Assembly: GCF_009914755.1 (NCBI RefSeq)
Contig: NC_060939.1
Length of the DNA: 64,000 bases
Reading direction: 5' to 3' (one strand)
DNA from: the human T2T-CHM13v2.0 reference genome, Homo sapiens
Below, piece by piece: positions 37,461 through 52,814 of this stretch (its first letter is position 1; every line of letters starts with the position of its first letter). The notes under the pieces were generated by a model, which searched no databases, was not told the origin of the DNA, and was given only the letters and a program-made list of their open reading frames with translations. The translations under genes and the position numbers were made by a program.

Positions 37461-37616
37461 TTAACTCCTTAAGCTATGGAGTTAAACTCTAGTTTGTAGA
37501 GTTAGGTACACCCTATTCTGAAATCCAGTGGACATTGAATGTCCATTCTCCCAAGCACAAATACTTTTAGTGCATCTGTGCCAGTTTTGAAACGTGGTGG
37601 GAGAGGAGTCACTGTC

Positions 37617-38105
37617 TGCTGTAGGCTGAATAATGCCCCCCTTCCTTTTCCCAAAGAAGTCCACATCTTAATCCTGCAACCAGTGAGTATGTTAGGTTAT
37701 GTGGCAAGGGGGAGTTAAGGTTGAAGATGGAATTAAGATTGCTAATCAGCTGACCTTAAGATATGGAAGTTATCCTGGATTATCTGGCTGGGACAGTGTA
37801 ATCACAAGGATCCTTAAAAATGTAAGACAGGCTATGAAAGACGATATGGAAGAGACGCAAAGAGATGAAATGTTACTGGCTTTGAAGATGGAAGAAGTGG
37901 GCCGTGAGGCAAAGAACCCTAGAAGCCAGAAAGGGCAAGGAAACAGATTCTTTCCTAGAACCTCCAGAAAGGAACACAGCCCTACTGACACCTTGATTTT
38001 AGCCCAGCAAAACCCATTGGACTTTTTCAGAACTGTAAGATAATTTGCATTGTTTAAACTGTTAAATTTGTGATGATTTGTTGCAGCAGCAATAAAAACT
38101 AATAG
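37617..38105 (+). mobile_element. MaLR LTR (MLT1D-like)
   Basis: TGTAGGCTGAATAATG...GATGGAATTAAGATTGCTAATCAGCTGACCTT...GCAGCAATAAAAACTAATA. Confidence 0.75.
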
Positions 38106-39149
38106 GCTGTCCCACCTCACTCATTTCTCCCTAGAAGTAAAGGTGGCAAAACCAACAGTATTTCATGCTAAGTTCTTCCAGGGTAGTTTTTAAAGACTCC
38201 ATGGAGGCCCATTTATGATCTGGGTATAGCTCCTGGGATAGATTTACTCCTAATTGTCCTTGTCCTGTTACATTAGTGTGATCACACAACTCCTTAGCTC
38301 TATCTTGCCTTACTATGAAATATACTAATTTTCCCTCAAAAAATGAGTTATCTCATCCTCCAAGAGCCATGTTACCTTACCATTTAATTTGGATTTGACC
38401 TCTAAATACAGTTAAGTTTTAACAGTACCTACGTTTTTGAGATCCTTTGACTGTAATGTAAGGGTTCTGTGTGGAGCAAAGAGCAGTTAAGCAACATGAG
38501 GAAGAATCACAACTGGACAACCTAAAGGTAAGTTGCCTAGAATCACAGCAGTGCTTAAAGTAGTGAATGGCTTCGTCAGCTCTGAGGGGCAGCAAGCCTG
38601 TTTCTGTCCTTCTCTGAGCTAAGAAAATTGTGCTAGTGGCCTGGAATGGCTTGAGGCTGGTAATTGTGGAGAAATACCTGCTCTTAACAAAAGTGCTCTC
38701 TCTTTCTGGCACACCTTTCTAGTACCTCTCTGCAAATTAGTATTGGTCTGTCTGTATGCTCTTTTAATTATAAACAGAAACAGTTGAACTCTTAAACAGG
38801 CTGATCAGTAGAACCACTGGCTAGAATTAACAGCCAAAGGGAGTAAGCAAGTGTTGGATATCCCAGCTAGGATTTTAGCTGCGAAAAGGAAAAAAAAAAA
38901 AGCAAGGGCGATTCTTTGGCATTATTTACTGTGTCACAAACAGTATTTTCATCACAGAGAATAGTTTCTTGCCTAGAAATTTAGCCCCTTTCACACAGGT
39001 GAATAGTTATGTGACTTACTGACTGCTAAGGAGTTTTTTAAAAATATGGGTTATTGGCCGGGCGCAGTGGCTCACGCCTGTAATCCCAGCACTTTGGGAA
39101 GCCGAGGTGGGTAGATCAGGAGGTCAGGAGATCAAGACCATCCTGGCTA

Positions 39150-39461
<312 letters not shown>

Positions 39462-39912
39462 TTAACTGTTGATTTAAAATTAGCTTTCTATACTTTAATA
39501 ATACTAATAAAAATCAGCCTTAATCTTAGACATAGCATATGAAGTGTGTTATAATGTCCAGGTGGCTTTGTATTTTGATAACGTGCTATTATTATGGACT
39601 CAAATCTCGTGGAAGACTTGTTTTCTTTTAACTGCACCATGTGAATATACGATACCATGAACGTGAGTCCATTTCTTCTTTAAAAGTGGTTCTGCTCAGT
39701 TTTTTTAAAAATCTGATTTTAAATAAAACTTGATAATGTTATTATGCCTCAAAGGCCAACTGTGTACAAGGTACTCTTCAGCCTTAAAAAACTTAATTTT
39801 TCCAGTGCTGGAAATAAATTTGATAAGGACAAAAATAAAATATCAAAAGAGTTGGGCACAGTGGCTCACACCTGTAATCCCAGCACTTTGGGAGGCTGAG
39901 GTGGACAGATCA

Positions 39913-40129
<217 letters not shown>

Positions 40130-40132
40130 TCA

Positions 40133-40570
<438 letters not shown>

Positions 40571-40632
40571 TCACAGATTCAAATGACCAGCAAATGAATG
40601 GAAAGAAATTTTCACTACTCAACCTAGTGAAG

Positions 40633-40670
<38 letters not shown>

Positions 40671-41532
40671 TGAGACAGAGTCTCGTTCTGTTGTCCAGGC
40701 TGGAGTGCAGTGGCTCGATAGCTCACTGCAACCTCTGCCTCCTGGGTTCAAGCAGTTCTCCCTGCCTCAACCTCCCAAGTAGCTGGGATTACAGGTACCC
40801 ACCAACACACCCGGCTAATTTTTGTATTTTTAGTAGAGACAGGGTTTCACCATGTTGGCCAGGCTGGTCTCAAACTCCTGACCTCAGGTTATGTAGGCAC
40901 CTCTGCCTCCCAAAGGTTGTCTGCCCACCTCTGTCTCCCAAAGTGCTGGGATTACAGATGTGAGCAACTGCACCCAGCGCAAAGATTTTTTAAAAGAATG
41001 CTTAGTGTTGCTGTGGATGCCGCACTCTTACACACTTCTGGGGGAATGTAAATTGTTGGTCTTCCTGGAAGGGAGCTTAGCAGAGCCTTTGATACCACAA
41101 TTCTACTTAAGAATCTATCCCAAGAAAATAATCAGATGTGGATTTATATATAGGATGGGTCTCACAGTAGTATTTGGTGGAACCTGGAAACTGTCCAGCA
41201 TTAGGGGAATGATTATGTCATATATCCATAATGGAGAGTTCAGTAACTAAAAGTGGGATTTTTGTACGCTTTTTAATGACATGAGAAAATGCTCAGGCAG
41301 TAGAGGGGAAAAAACAGGATACAGAGTTTTACATAGGTAGAAGATTAATATTGTAAGAGAACTACAGAAAAAAGATTAGGATAGTAAGTATGGTCATGTC
41401 TATCTTCAGCTCTCTTAGAACTCAGCCATGTGTGATTTTTGGGATGGAGTCCCAGAGGATATCTGAGAGCAGTTTTCTGTTCTCACAAGTAGTTGTTATC
41501 TAGCTTACTAAGGGAACATAAGTCTGTTTTAA

Positions 41533-41939
<407 letters not shown>

Positions 41940-42603
41940 TGAGGGAAAGATAGACTACTATTCTAACACTGCTCCGGAAAATATTCTTAGTCATTAACCT
42001 TCCAAGTTAAGTGGTGGATCAGAAATGGAAAGCTGGCTTTATTCATCTTTATATCACAGGAATGGGTCCTTCTAGGCATTTTTTAAATGGCTAAATTCTA
42101 ACCTATGCCTTTTCTGTTGTTTTAATCTCCCCCGTGAGCTACTAGTAAATTACATTTGTATACATGTATCCTTAATGTATACTGGATTTTAATCTCTCAT
42201 ACGTCTCCATTTGGAGATGACTGGTGTCAGTAGGAAGTGAATGAAATCAGGTGGCTTCACATGAGATCTATGTACTGTACAAGAGTGTAGGAAGGAAGTA
42301 GTGTGGAAGAAGGTGGTTGGTTATTGGTGATGTGTGAAGCAAAAGGGAAATGCTGCTTTTGTATTTATCCTGTTTCTGTCTTTCTGCAGTGATTTTTTAG
42401 TTTTGTTTTTAAGATTGTTAAAGCAGCTAGAGGACAGGACCACTATCTCTAATAGACTTGGAATAACATTTAAGCTTATACAACTAAGTGTTCATGAAAC
42501 TTCATTAGCAGGGAATAGTTCCAGTAGAAGGATTGTTTGCTCATATAAGTCTAAATATTGGTATGTTTCTTTTCTTGTTCTTTTTTCTTCAAAAAAATTT
42601 TTT

Positions 42604-42713
42604 AAGACTAGTCAAGTGCAGTAGTGAGAAGTGGGGAAATATCAAACAAGGGTTTCGATCTGTAACTGACTGTGAACAGTCAATTGAGATAACTCACTAC
42701 CTTCAGACCTGCT
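42604..42713 (-). pseudogene. Processed Y1 RNA (RNY1) pseudogene
   Basis: The - strand reads AGCAGGTCTGAAGGTAGTGAGTTATCTCAATTGACTGTTCACAGTCAGTTACAGATCGAA...CTTCTCACTACTGCACTTGACTAGTCTT, near-identical to hY1; A-rich tail follows; flanking repeat GTTTCTTTTCT at 42565-42575 and 42718-42728. Confidence 0.93.
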
Positions 42714-43716
42714 AACAGTTTCTTTTCTGAAATCTGTCCCCAATATTTAGATGAAGCTATTTGCAAATTTAGAGTACCCAAATAGATTGTCATTTCACTT
42801 TGTTGGGTCAGAAAAGGTCTGTCTCCAAGGAACAAATTCCCTCAGATTTGTTAAGGAAGTGTGTCATAAAAGGTTCCTTAAGCCAGGTCTTTTAACTGAT
42901 CTGCCCTTAGGGTCTGACTTCACAACACTGCAGTGCCATACCATGGCTTTCGAAGCCACATTCTCAACTTTCAGCTCAGGTTCTGCACAATCCAGCTTTG
43001 TTCACTCTGGTACCGGTCTGGGGACCCACCCCACCCTTGTTTGCCGCTGATCACTGAGCTTTGAATAAAGGCTATGGACTGACTGTATTTTCACCATGTG
43101 CTCACTAGGCTAAGCATGATTAGTTTTTATTCTCCTAGCTTGACACAGTGTGTTATTGAAAATTGTATTTGTGTGAGTTAAGGATGAAAAGATAAATTTT
43201 ACTTTTAACAGCATTAGAACGTAGTGTTATACCTTCCTTTGCGTGTCAGATGGGTCAGTAATATCCACACAGCTGGGCTTCAGTTAACAGTTTAGCTGAG
43301 GCTACAGAGTAAGCATGGGTCAGAGCTTGAGTTCTGGACTCCAGTGTAGTATCCTGGTCACTAGAATGTGCACAGTCAGCATTTGAAAGAATAAAGGTCA
43401 TCAGCTGAGAAAGAGAAATACATTTGGACATGTTCTTTTGAAAATTATCTGTGTGTACACATACCCATGTTGGTATCATGTGCTTTGGGGTAGGGCATTT
43501 GAGCGAGGTTATGCTGTTAGAAATTAACCCTAAAATGTATGGACTTATTTTTGCTCTGTCATGACTTGGGCAGCACTTATTTTACTAATAACGATTTGCT
43601 GCTTATTGAACTGGCTGACTGGTGGCAACTGAGGGAGGCATTAAAAGTTGCTTTCTAGGCAAGTTGGGTTTGTTTTTCATGGTAATGTTTTATTCAGAGT
43701 ATCTCTTTGTTTTCAG

Positions 43717-43828
43717 AGTAAACATCAGTCTCCAAAGATAACTACATCCCTTCTTCCCATCAACAATGGCTCCAAAGAAAATGGGATCCATGAAGAACAA
43801 GACCAAGAGCCACAGGATCTCTTTGCAG
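43717..43828 (+). CDS. SNX1: SNX1 exon 2 (non-canonical GC donor)
   Basis: TTTCAG|AGT acceptor; [10 protein letters not shown]...EPQDLFA(D); donor CAG|GCAAGT; 112 nt. Confidence 0.95.
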
Positions 43829-44452
43829 GCAAGTTTGGACTCAAAAGTTACTCTAGGAACCTCCTAAATGGCTTTGTTAAGTTGCTGAGTTAAAGTCAAA
43901 ACCAAAAAAAAAAAAAGTATTGGGAACATAACTTTATGTAAAGTACTTTTGTGGAGGATTCCAAAGTACATGAAATACAGGCCCTGCCATCAAGATTCTT
44001 TCAGATTTAGGGAGTAAGATATAAATACACAATTGTTTAAGAAGGTGAGTTAAACTGTTAAACAATAACAGAAATGCAGTTGGAGGAATGATAGAAATAC
44101 TAAGTCACAGGAGCTCAGAGGAGTGTGAGACCAGTGACTAAAGCAGTGCGTGTAGCCTTGTGTGACCAAGACTAGGAGTAAGAATTGCATTTGGTGTCAT
44201 AATCCAAAAATGTGCATACTGGTACAAAACAGAAACAAAAGTTTTATTAAATGACTTGCCCTTACTACTTCTAATACAGCCTGAAACTTTCTATTGTTTC
44301 CTTTTTCAGTGCTCTTTGCAACACATTGAATTGATTTCACAATCCACCAACAAGCTGTAACCTCCAGTTTGAAAAACACTAGTATAGGACAGTTTCTCAA
44401 CCTTAGCACTATTAACATTTTGGGCTGGATAATTCTTTGTTGAGGGGTGCTG

Positions 44453-44815
<363 letters not shown>

Positions 44816-44969
44816 TTAGCTGGATTCCATGGCGCACACCTGTGCTCCCAGCTACTCAGGAGGCTGAGGCAGGAGAATTGCTTAAACCCTGGAGGTGGAA
44901 GTTGCAGTGAGCTGAGATTGTGCTACTACACTGCAGCCTGGGTGACAGAGCAAGACTCCATCTCAAAAT

Positions 44970-45002
<33 letters not shown>

Positions 45003-47127
45003 AAGAAAGTGATCTTGGAAGAAGCAGGATTTATGCAGGAGAAAAGGAAAAAGGGGCCCCATGGTTGGGCAGGAAGTATAAGGTATGTTTGAGTGGCAGT
45101 CAGTAAAGTTGGTGGACCACAGCAGGACATTCTTGGAGAAGTCATGGAAGATAAGGCTGGAAATGTAATTTGGAAACAGATTTGGGAGGACCTTAGACAT
45201 TAATAATTCGAGTCTGGATTTTCATCTTAATGCCAATTAAAAGCCATTGGCAGCTTTGTGTAAAGAATGTGGTATGGGCAAAGTAATGTTTTAGGAAGAC
45301 TGACCTAGTGGAATTGGAATTATATTAAATTAGTTGCAGTGGGCAGAGACCAGATAATTTTTCGAAGGTAATCACAAACTAGTTCAAGAATGAAATAGCA
45401 AAGACTGAACATAAGGTAATAAAAGCAGGAAAGGAAAGGTGAAAACTTTTCAAAAGGGAAATCAACAAAATCTGATTTTAGTGATTGAATATAATGGATA
45501 TCAAAAAAAAGTGGGGATTGAAGACAAAGTCAAAAGGTTTCAAGTCCAAGGGTTGAGAAGAAAATGGTATCATTATAGAACCCCATTCTAAAGAAGAAAC
45601 TGGCTTTGGGAAAAAAGTAAGCTTTGGTTTTAGATACTTTACATTTGAAATGCAAAGGGAAATACCCAGGAGGTGACTTGAACTTTTCTTTCCTACCTGA
45701 GGGAAGACAAGAGCTGGACATATGGGAATCATCTTTCTAGAGGTGGTAGTTGAAACTTCCATGTGAACGAGATCCTCAAAAGAGTGAATGGTGAGGAGGG
45801 AGAAAGACAAGGGTGGAGGGTAAGATCTTGGGACGACTCTTACGTTAGAACCTTGGTAGGAAATTTAAAAGACATACAAGGAAAGAAGAGATTAGAAGAA
45901 AGAATAGAAAAATTGAGATTTTCCACTTCCCTTCATCCCTGAAATTTAAATATACAATATTTATTCTGATACTGATTATTTTTTGGATAAAATTTCTGGA
46001 GGAGGCCAGGCACGGTGGCTCAGGCCTGTAATTCCAGCACTTTGGGAGGCCAAGGTGGGAAGATTCCTTGAGCCCAGGATTTAAGACCAGCCTGGGCAAC
46101 GTAGCAAAACCTCGTCTCTATTAAAAAATAAAAATAAATTTCTGGAGGAGAAGTGATATGAAGGCAAATAATGAATTGTCTTTGGTTATATGGCAGATTG
46201 AAAAGAAAGTGAATTTTCTATCTTTGGGACCTTAACATTTATATGATCTTTCATTATAAGGAGACCTGACCTGACAGTTTAGTGTAATAGTTACCCAGTG
46301 ATTGGGTTTTATACACATGAACATGCAGATCTTTATTAGGGTCATATTTGTTCATAGTGAGGATTCTAATTTACTTCATTCCCCTACTAGTTTTTTAAGT
46401 AGCCAATACCTGCCTCACTTCTAAGAAAGGAACATAAGGTATCTCTAGAATGGAAAGTCTACAATGAGACACTTAGTTTAGGACTTCAGTAGCTTCTCAG
46501 TTGTTTTAGGTATTTGACTGTGGAAACTTAAACGTTCTGATATCATTTTTAAATAATAAATCTAGTGATGATCAGAGTCTCTCATGGAGCCTGAATGCTT
46601 TTCCAGTACTCTTAACAGGAGTTCAAAGAGAAAAGCATGTTTTAATATAAGTTTTGGCATCTTTGTCACATGAATTTCAGTAGAAGATGCACAGCTCTTC
46701 AAAAGGCTTTTTTTTTTTTTTTTTTGAGACAGGGTCTCACTCTGTTGCCCAGGCTGGAGTGCAGTGGTGTGGTCATGGCTCACTGCAGCCCCGACCTCCC
46801 AGGCTCAAGTGATCTTCCCACCTCAACCTTCTGAGTAGCTAGGACCACAGGTGGGCACCACCATGCCTGTTAATATTCGCATGTTTGTTTGGTTTTATTT
46901 TTTGTAGAGACAGGCTTTTGTCATGTTGCCCAAGCTGGCAAAAGGTTTTTAGTAGCTTTCTAAAGGGCCAAATATTTTAGATGAGTGATACTTCCTGTTT
47001 CATTTCCAAACATGTTTGTTAACTGAATTATTTGTGTGGGACCTGCATGATGTGAATATCCTACGCATACTTCAACTGGTTGCTTGTTTCAGAGACTTCT
47101 AATATGCTAACATGTTCATTATATGTA

Positions 47128-47535
47128 TAGTTAGTCCTCGAACAATGCAGGCGCAGTCAAAAATTTGTTTATAACTTCCCCAAAACTTTTCTAATAGCCT
47201 ACTAATAGCCTACTGTTGACTGGAAGCCTTACCAATAAGATAATCAATTAACATGTCTTTTGTATGTTACATGTATTATATACTGTATTCTTACAATAAA
47301 GTAAGCTAGAGAAAAGAAAGTTATTAAGAAAATCATAGGAAGGGAAATGTATTTACCTTTCATTAAATGGAAGTGGTTCATCATAAAGGTTTTCATTCTT
47401 GCATCCTCACATTGAGTAAGTAGGCTAAGGCAGAGGAGGGGTTGGTCTTGCTGCCTCAGGGTGGCAGATGCAGAGGAAAATTCATGTATAAATGGACCCG
47501 TGCAGTTGAAACCTGTGTTGTTCAAGGGTCAACTG
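47128..47535 (+). mobile_element. Tigger2a-like TcMar DNA transposon relic
   Basis: TA-flanked; right TIR TTGTTCAAGGGTCAACTG, degenerate left TIR TAGTTAGTCCTCGAACAA; internal CTAATAGCCTACTGTTGACTGGAAGCCTTACC. Confidence 0.8.
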
Positions 47536-48528
47536 TACTTTTTTGCTTGTTTGTTTTATACTCCCACCCCAGAGTCAGATTATGTTACCACCTTTCTCAC
47601 TTTCCTGATAGGGATCAGATTTCATTTCTAACAGTGTGGCACCCCTGTTTGCAGACTTGATTCACATTTAGTGATTAGAATACTGATCTGGGACTTGATT
47701 ATGCTATAGGCATATATGCATAAACCATCATCTCTGGTTTCGTTTAGCCCCAAATGAAAAAGAAGCAGCAGCATTCTTTGTATTTCCTAAGATTAAGATA
47801 GAATACTTACTGATCAGACCAAACCCAAATTGACATTTATGTTTTCTGTTACTAAAAAAGAAAAAAAGTTTGGACTGTTTAGGCTTAGAGCATCTAGTTC
47901 CACTGCTCCAAGTTGAAAGTGCATTCTTTTTATTTGCATAAAAAATTTTAATGCCTAGAAATGGTACATAATGCTATTTTTAAAGTCCCTTCTCTGGAAC
48001 ACTGAGGGAATGAGTCGTTCTGTTCAACTGAGTACTCCCCAGATAGACAAAGGCAGCCCTTAAGCACTGTTTTTTAAACTGTTTTGAGTAGGAAGATTTT
48101 CAGATATTACATGTCTTTTTTCACAAATTGGATAGCATATAGTAAGTATAATTTAACCTTTACAAGGAGATCTAAACCATTAGGAAAAATTCTTAAACCA
48201 TGACAAAATAACAGTGCTGTCATCAGGTGTGGAAAAGTGCCCTTTCCCAAATGTTACTGTGCTTGTGTCTTGGCTCCATTTTTTTCTAGCTTATAGCTTT
48301 CCTGACACTTGCTTTGACGTCATTTTTTTCCTGTCAGTATGCCTGCCTCTTCTATCATATTGGTGTGTAAAGCAAATATCTGAACTTCTTTTACAAACAA
48401 TTTTTTTTCTTTTTTGGAGACAGAGTCTCCCTCTGTTGCCCAGGCTGAAGTGCAGTGGCGCGATCTCGGCTCACTGCAACCTCTGCCTCCCCAGTTCAAA
48501 CAATTCTCCTGCCTCAACCTCCCAGTAG

Positions 48529-48729
<201 letters not shown>

Positions 48730-48825
48730 TAGGGCTCATATAATGTTCTAAAGGAATACTCCGAAGATTAAAATTGACAGACTAAATTAGCTGGCTGTGG
48801 TGGTATGCACCTGTAGTACCACCTA

Positions 48826-48984
<159 letters not shown>

Positions 48985-49260
48985 TTATCCTTGGTTCTTG
49001 TATAAATTCTAGGTAGGAGAGGGTAGCCAAGTGGTTGTATTTGGAAAGAAGGAGAGGTTGTTCTACTAAGCCTGTGCTAGAAGAACACTTCCCTTACCTT
49101 CCTCCCCTTTTCTCCTTGTAAACATTTTATGACTTTCAGTCTAAGAGCCTCTATGTATTGAGAGTGCTTGCTATTGTTCTTGTAAGTTCTTAGCCTATAC
49201 AAGTTTAGCCTTCAAAGACTCATTACTGACCTTCATTTTAAAATATCAACTTCATTTTAG

Positions 49261-49388
49261 ATGCCACAGTGGAGCTATCCTTGGACAGCACACAAAATAA
49301 TCAGAAGAAGGTGCTAGCCAAAACACTCATTTCTCTTCCTCCTCAGGAAGCCACAAATTCTTCGAAGCCCCAGCCAACCTATGAGGAG
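49261..49388 (+). CDS. SNX1: SNX1 exon 3
   Basis: TTTTAG|AT acceptor; (D)[13 protein letters not shown]...QPTYEE; GAG|GTGAG donor; 128 nt. Confidence 0.96.
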
Positions 49389-49931
49389 GTGAGGATCTGT
49401 GCTCTTGGTCTTATCGCTTTTAGATATTGAGGACTGTGTACGGCCAGTCTGAAGTGTAGTTGAGTATGAACCTTGAGAAAATATTTGTTACTCTTGAAGG
49501 AGATCTTTATGGTTAATGGACAGCCAGAATCCAATACAGGAGTCTTTCTTGAGCAGAGTATCTATTGCCCAGAGAGCACGAAGGCTTTCAGTGGTTACTA
49601 AAGATACTTAGTGTGCGAAGCTTCCACATTCAGGAGTATAGTTTCTCCTCACTCCCTTCCTAGCCTGCAAGAGGCAAGTCTTTCTAAATCTGGCAGTTAT
49701 TCATTGTCATCAAAATAAGATTTTAAGGGGATACATGTAACAAAGACTTGTAAGCTGGCTCCTAATTTAAAATTTTGAGAGTTGGTACATTGGGATTGTT
49801 GGGAATGGACAAAAGCTGAACACTGAAGGATACATCTTGATTTTATTAGATTGGTATAAGGTTATTACAGGGTAAAATTGATAGCTTTTTTTTTCATATC
49901 AACTCTCATGATTTGTCTTTTCTTGAAAAAG

Positions 49932-49998
49932 CTAGAGGAAGAAGAACAGGAGGATCAATTTGATTTGACAGTCGGTATAACTGATCCTGAGAAGATAG
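49932..49998 (+). CDS. SNX1: SNX1 exon 4
   Basis: AAAAG|CTA acceptor; [22 protein letters not shown](G); ATAG|GTAAGT donor; 67 nt. Confidence 0.95.
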
Positions 49999-50672
49999 GT
50001 AAGTGGTTCTTAGGACTCCTTGTGATGTTAGGATGTGGCTGTGGAAAGCATAGGTAGCTAATTTCAGGATGGCTACCCCCAGAGTTGAACTAGCCAATGT
50101 GAAGTACTTCATTAGTATCTTTTCTGTAAAAGTAGACCCCTTGCTATGTTTCTAAGGCCAGAGACTGCTGTTACTCAATGCGTTAGTCAGTCTTTTCTTG
50201 GCTTCAGGAAGAAAAATCAGAGTCATCAAATACTACTAGAATCCCTTTTTATTTTTATTCTTTTGGTTTTTTGTTTTTTAGAGACAAGGCCTCATTTTGT
50301 CACCCAGAATGGAGCACAGTAGCACTATCATAGCTCACTATCATCTCCAGCTCCTGGACTCAAGCAGTCCTCCCGCCTGAGCCACCCCAGCCGCCCAAGT
50401 AGCTGGGACTGCAGGCACGTGCTACCATGCCGACTAATTCTTTTTTTAAGAGATGGGGTCTTGCTATGTTGCCCAGGCTGGTCTCAAACTCCTGGCCTCA
50501 AGTGATCCTCCTGCCTTAGCCTCTTAAAGCACCGAGATTACAGGCATGAGCCACCGCACCCAGCTAGAGTCTCTTTTTAAAAACCCCAACAGGCCAGCCA
50601 TGGTGGCTCACACCTGTAATCCCAGCACTTTGGGAGGCCAAGGCAGGCAGATCACTTGAGGTCAGGAGTTCA

Positions 50673-50975
<303 letters not shown>

Positions 50976-51590
50976 CTAAAAAATACATGTTCTAAAATTG
51001 AGGGACACTGAACTTATTTTTTCCCTCAAGAAGTTTGAAACTCTCATTTATACACATACTTTTGATAACCTTATGAGGTGGGGAAGTCTATCTGTGGGAT
51101 CCAAGTTGAATTGTACTCAAAATTGAAGTTAGATCTTCAAAAAGCATAACACTTAACTTTGTCTGGACTTGGATTTTTAGGATGGCTTTCCCCTCTACCA
51201 AGCTTGCAAGAGTTATCCCTGAGTGGAGAACAATAGGCCTCATCTTTCCTTGTTCTAGCTATAGTCCCTTATGGAAGAGGCTATACAGAACCTGTCTTCC
51301 TAAACAGGAGTGGTGTTTATACAGTTAAGAGGACAAATGTAATTCTCAACTCTTGGTCTGTTTGGTACTAGGGACAGGAACTTGTTAGACTTTATGCCAA
51401 AATGGTTGTCTTTTTTTTTTTTTTTTTTTTTTGAGACGGGGTCTCACTCTGTCACCCAGGCTGGAGTGCAGTGGTATGATCACAGCTCACTGCAGCCTCG
51501 ACTTCCCCAGGCTCAGGTGATCCTTCCACCTCAGCCTCCTGAGTAGCTGGGACTACAGATGTGCATCACCATGCCTGGCTAATTTTTTTA

Positions 51591-52024
<434 letters not shown>

Positions 52025-52350
52025 TTACTTTTCCCAGACTGTTGGACTGGTAGGATGTTTTTGAGCGTCTTACACAGTTCTGTCATCTAACAGAAAAGGA
52101 AATTGAGGACCAAAAAGGAAGTAGCTTTCCTGGTAGGGCACAGTGTGGCCCATGATAGATCCTGGACCAGGACTTTGGATTATATGTCTAGATTCTCTCT
52201 TGCTTCTCTAATATTTATGGATAGTCTATAAACACATTAATTTTAAGCTAGTTATTCACCGCTTTAAATCCTTGGTGGAATAAGATGAATGAATGGCACT
52301 TATTCTCTTAAAATGTAATAAGTCATGATGTCTGAACCAGGAGAGGGAAC

Positions 52351-52814
52351 ATACTGGTTTCCTAAGGCTGCTGTAGCAAAGTACCACAAACTGGTTAAAA
52401 CAACAGAAATTTCTCACAGTTTTGGAGGCCAGAAATCTCAAATCCTGGTGTCGGCAGGCCATTCTCCCTGTGAAGGTGCTAGGGAAGGACTGTTCATGCC
52501 TCTCTCCCAGCTTCTGGCAGTCTCAGGCCTTCCTCGGCTTGTCGATGCATCACTTCAGTCTCTGCCTTTGCTGTCATGTGGCATCCTTCCTAAGCGTCTC
52601 CACATTGCCTTCCCTCTATGCATGTCTATCTCTGTGTGCACATTCCCTCTTTAACAAATAAGGACACCAACCTGAGTGGAGTAGGGCCCACCCTAATGTC
52701 TTCATTTTAACTCAGTTACATCGGTAAAGACCCTGTAAGATCACATTCTGAGGAACTGGGAGTTAGAACGTAAAATGTACCTATTTTGAAGGGGACACAA
52801 TTTATCCCATTACA
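52351..52814 (-). mobile_element. MaLR LTR (MLT1B/C-like)
   Basis: TTTCCTAAGGCTGCTGTAGCAAAGTACCACAAACTGG...GGGGACACAATTTATCCCATTACA. Confidence 0.75.
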
